Source: Candidatus Omnitrophota bacterium (GTDB lineage Bacteria > Omnitrophota > Gorgyraeia > Zapsychrales > JANLHA01). Taken from it: a stretch of DNA of 64,000 nucleotides. Positions 61,757 to 64,000 of the stretch are shown here, one piece after another (position 1 is the first letter of the stretch; each line of letters starts with the position of its first letter). The notes under the pieces were generated by a model. It was given only the letters and a program-made list of their open reading frames with translations. It ran no database searches and was not told the DNA's origin. Both the position numbers and the translations under genes were made by a program. The stretch lies in contig JAKQKX010000016.1 of assembly GCA_029560465.1 (NCBI GenBank), positions 1,248 to 65,247 of the forward strand. Direction: 5' to 3'.

Positions 61757-62447
61757 TTGGAAATTCGACAGGCCTCCATCGGCTCTGGAGCTGGTCCAGA
61801 ATAACGTATTTTCAAATTTTCTAAGGACAGCCCTCCATGTTATCGTCCGGTTGTCTTTTCTTTGTTATCATCGTTTTCAAACCGTGCATCCAGAGCGGCT
61901 GGAAGGAATTCAATCTAAAATCATCGCCGCAAATCATTCCAGCCATTTAGACGTCTTGGCGTTGTTCAGCGCGTTTCCTTTAAAAGACATTAACAGGATC
62001 CGGACTTTTGCCGCCAAGGATTATTTTTTTAAAAACCCTTTTTTGCGCTGCGTCGGGTTCTTTTTCGCCAATGTTATCCCGATAGACAGGCAGGGGTGGA
62101 GCGCGGAATCCTTGTCTTATGCCGGGCGAGCGCTTGCGGAAGGCGGGATTTTTATCATTTTCCCGGAAGGGACGCGGTCTGTTGACGGGGAAATTCACTC
62201 CTTTCGCCCGGGAATAGGCATGCTGGCTTTGCATTATGGGGTGGCCATGGTACCGGTTTATATTGACGGGACGTTTTCATGTCAAAAAAAGGGGGACTGT
62301 TTCCCAAAACCGCATAAAATCCGCATTATCGTGGGGACCCCGATCGATTTTTCGCATTTGGAAAATAACCGGCAGAGCTGGGAAACAATAACGAGCGCAT
62401 TAGAATTACGGATTAAAAACCTTAAGGAGGAAATAAAGCATGTTTAA
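61746..62447 (+). CDS. Lysophospholipid acyltransferase (PlsC family)
   Basis: ANHSSHLD, AAKDYFF, IFPEGTRS. Confidence 0.92.
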   Translation: MENDWKFDRPPSALELVQNNVFSNFLRTALHVIVRLSFLCYHRFQTVHPERLEGIQSKIIAANHSSHLDVLALFSAFPLKDINRIRTFAAKDYFFKNPFLRCVGFFFANVIPIDRQGWSAESLSYAGRALAEGGIFIIFPEGTRSVDGEIHSFRPGIGMLALHYGVAMVPVYIDGTFSCQKKGDCFPKPHKIRIIVGTPIDFSHLENNRQSWETITSALELRIKNLKEEIKHV

Positions 62448-63243
62448 AAGTTTGAAGATTATATTCACGAAATTCCTTGTCCGCACGATTGGCCGGACCA
62501 GTGACGGCATACAGATGAGTTTTAAGTACGGTTTTATATCGGGCAAGATGCTTGATTATATCTATGCCAATAAGCCGGCTGGAAAGTTTCTGATCGGGAA
62601 ATGGATTGACCGGATGTATCTCTCGCATCCCGGATGGAAGGTTATCCGGGAGAGAAAAGACAACCTGGTCCGAGCCTTGACCCGGGCCATAGATTTAACA
62701 TTGAAGGGGCAGAAATCCGTTCATATTTTAGACGTCGCCTCGGGCCCGGCGCAATATATTATTGATGTCCTTCAGCGGTTCCCCGCCGATACCGTGGCGG
62801 CCGTGTGCCGGGATTACGATCCGAAATGGGTTGAGGAGGGCACCCGCAAGGCGGCCGCGGCCGGATTGACAAATATTTCTTTCGAGCAGGGGGACGCTTT
62901 TGAAGCGGACAGTTTCAAAGAAATGACGGGCACGCAGGATGTCGTCGTCTCTTCGGGTTTTTATGACTGGATTGTTGACGACGCTTTGGTTAAAAAATCC
63001 ATGAAGATTATTTATGATGTCTTGCGTCCGGGGGGCTATTTTGTGTTTACAAATCAGAGCGGGCATGTTGACCTGGACATGGTTGAAAAAATCTTTATAG
63101 ATTTTAATAAGGACCCGCTTAGGATGAAGACGCGGCCAGAGAAACTCATCAATGGTTGGGCCCAAGACATTGGTTTCGAGATTGTAGACACGGCCGCTGA
63201 CCAGAAAGAATATTATTCCGTCACATTGGCTCTTAAAAAATGA
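62440..63243 (+). CDS. SAM-dependent methyltransferase resembling the YnbC C-terminal domain
   Basis: GF-x-SG..LDYIY-x-N, IDR-x-YL..GW..IR-x-RK, ILDVASGP-x-x-Y, F-x-QGDAF, SSGFY. Confidence 0.82.
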   Translation: MFKSLKIIFTKFLVRTIGRTSDGIQMSFKYGFISGKMLDYIYANKPAGKFLIGKWIDRMYLSHPGWKVIRERKDNLVRALTRAIDLTLKGQKSVHILDVASGPAQYIIDVLQRFPADTVAAVCRDYDPKWVEEGTRKAAAAGLTNISFEQGDAFEADSFKEMTGTQDVVVSSGFYDWIVDDALVKKSMKIIYDVLRPGGYFVFTNQSGHVDLDMVEKIFIDFNKDPLRMKTRPEKLINGWAQDIGFEIVDTAADQKEYYSVTLALKK

Positions 63244-63379
63244 GCGTGTCCTCCTCATCCTGCCGCAGAGCCTGGAGTGTATCCTGGGAGCAGGCCGGGG
63301 AGGGGGGGCCGTTGAATTTTCAGGCTGTTCAATGATTCATAAGAGATTCAACGTCTGGCGCACACGCGTGAGGGGGAAA

Positions 63380-64000
63380 ATGAGAAAAGAACCATTATAT
63401 AAATCGACCCTGGGAAGCCTTTTGATTGTCCTATTCTTGGGTTGGGGGGGCTTTCATGTTTGGGCTAATCAGACTGGCCCGTACAAGGTCTATTATGAAA
63501 GCGGGCAGGTGCAGGAAGAAGGAAGGTACAAAGACGGCAAGAAAGACGGCCCGTTTAAGGCGTATTACGAAAGCGGACAGTTGCAGGAAGAAGGGGTTTA
63601 CAAGGACGATAATCTGGACGGCCCGTTTAAGGCGTATTATGAAAGCGGGAAACTGCAAATGGAAGGGGCTTACAAGAATAATAAGCTGAACGGTTTGTAT
63701 AAGCTGTATTACGAAAGCGGACAACTGCAAATGGAGCGAATGTTCCGGGACGATAAACAAGACGGCGAGGGAAAGGCGTATTACGAAAGCGGACAATTGC
63801 AGGAAGAGGGGATCTTTAAGGACGATAAACGGGACGGCCCGTATAAGCTCTATTATGGAAGCGGGGAGCTGCAAATGGAAGGGATGTTTAAAGGTGGCAA
63901 GAGGGACGGTGGGTATAAGGCGTATTACGAAAATGGACAACTGCAGGAAAAAGGGGTCTTTGACGGCGATAAATTGAACGGCCCGTATAAGTTTTATTCA
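63380..64000 (+). CDS. Exported MORN-variant repeat protein (YwqK-like), truncated by the window end
   Basis: Not in the ORF track because it has no stop in the window. ATG at 63380 after AGGGGG; signal peptide, then 24-aa repeats such as GPFKAYYESGQLQEEGVYKDDNLD (72-bp tandem units from ~63476). Confidence 0.88.
   Translation, partial: MRKEPLYKSTLGSLLIVLFLGWGGFHVWANQTGPYKVYYESGQVQEEGRYKDGKKDGPFKAYYESGQLQEEGVYKDDNLDGPFKAYYESGKLQMEGAYKNNKLNGLYKLYYESGQLQMERMFRDDKQDGEGKAYYESGQLQEEGIFKDDKRDGPYKLYYGSGELQMEGMFKGGKRDGGYKAYYENGQLQEKGVFDGDKLNGPYKFYS

Noticed and set aside
63476-64000. Regularly spaced repeats resembling a CRISPR array
   Set aside because: The period is 72 bp and in frame, units vary throughout with no unique spacers, and there are no cas genes; these are coding MORN-type repeats.

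Overview
Bacterial chromosomal window, mostly + strand. It is probably from Candidatus Omnitrophota (PVC group); this is inferred from the giant conserved-end proteins and the class-III-signal pilin, not from a database search. (1) 0.4-12.4 kb accessory block: a 2951-aa secreted protein with M48-type protease and ABC1/UbiB-type kinase cargo, a TPR protein and an orphan integron attC site. (2) 13-24 kb nitrogen cluster: GAF-GAF-ANTAR regulator, a leader with an ANTAR dual-hairpin and two tandem terminators, OM beta-barrel, amt, PII, amt, type III GS, GATase and nadE. (3) 24-44 kb envelope and core genes: lnt fused in frame to one of two paralogous secreted proteins, a GT-C glycosyltransferase, carAB, purF, pyrG, tRNA-Leu, rpe, a pilin, FIST/HK/RR-GGDEF and tRNA-Glu. 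(4) 44-64 kb accessory region starting at tRNA-Glu: a ~6 kb island bounded by a degenerate copy of the tRNA 3' end, a candidate structured RNA, a radical SAM pair, an autotransporter, a ynbABC-like lipid operon and a MORN-repeat gene running off the end. The main finding is a pair of paralogous secreted proteins (2951 aa and ~727 aa). They share a highly conserved ~315-aa N-terminal domain and a ~60-aa C-terminal domain but carry unrelated middles, which suggests a modular cargo or effector system. No CRISPR, rRNA, integrase or transposase was seen.
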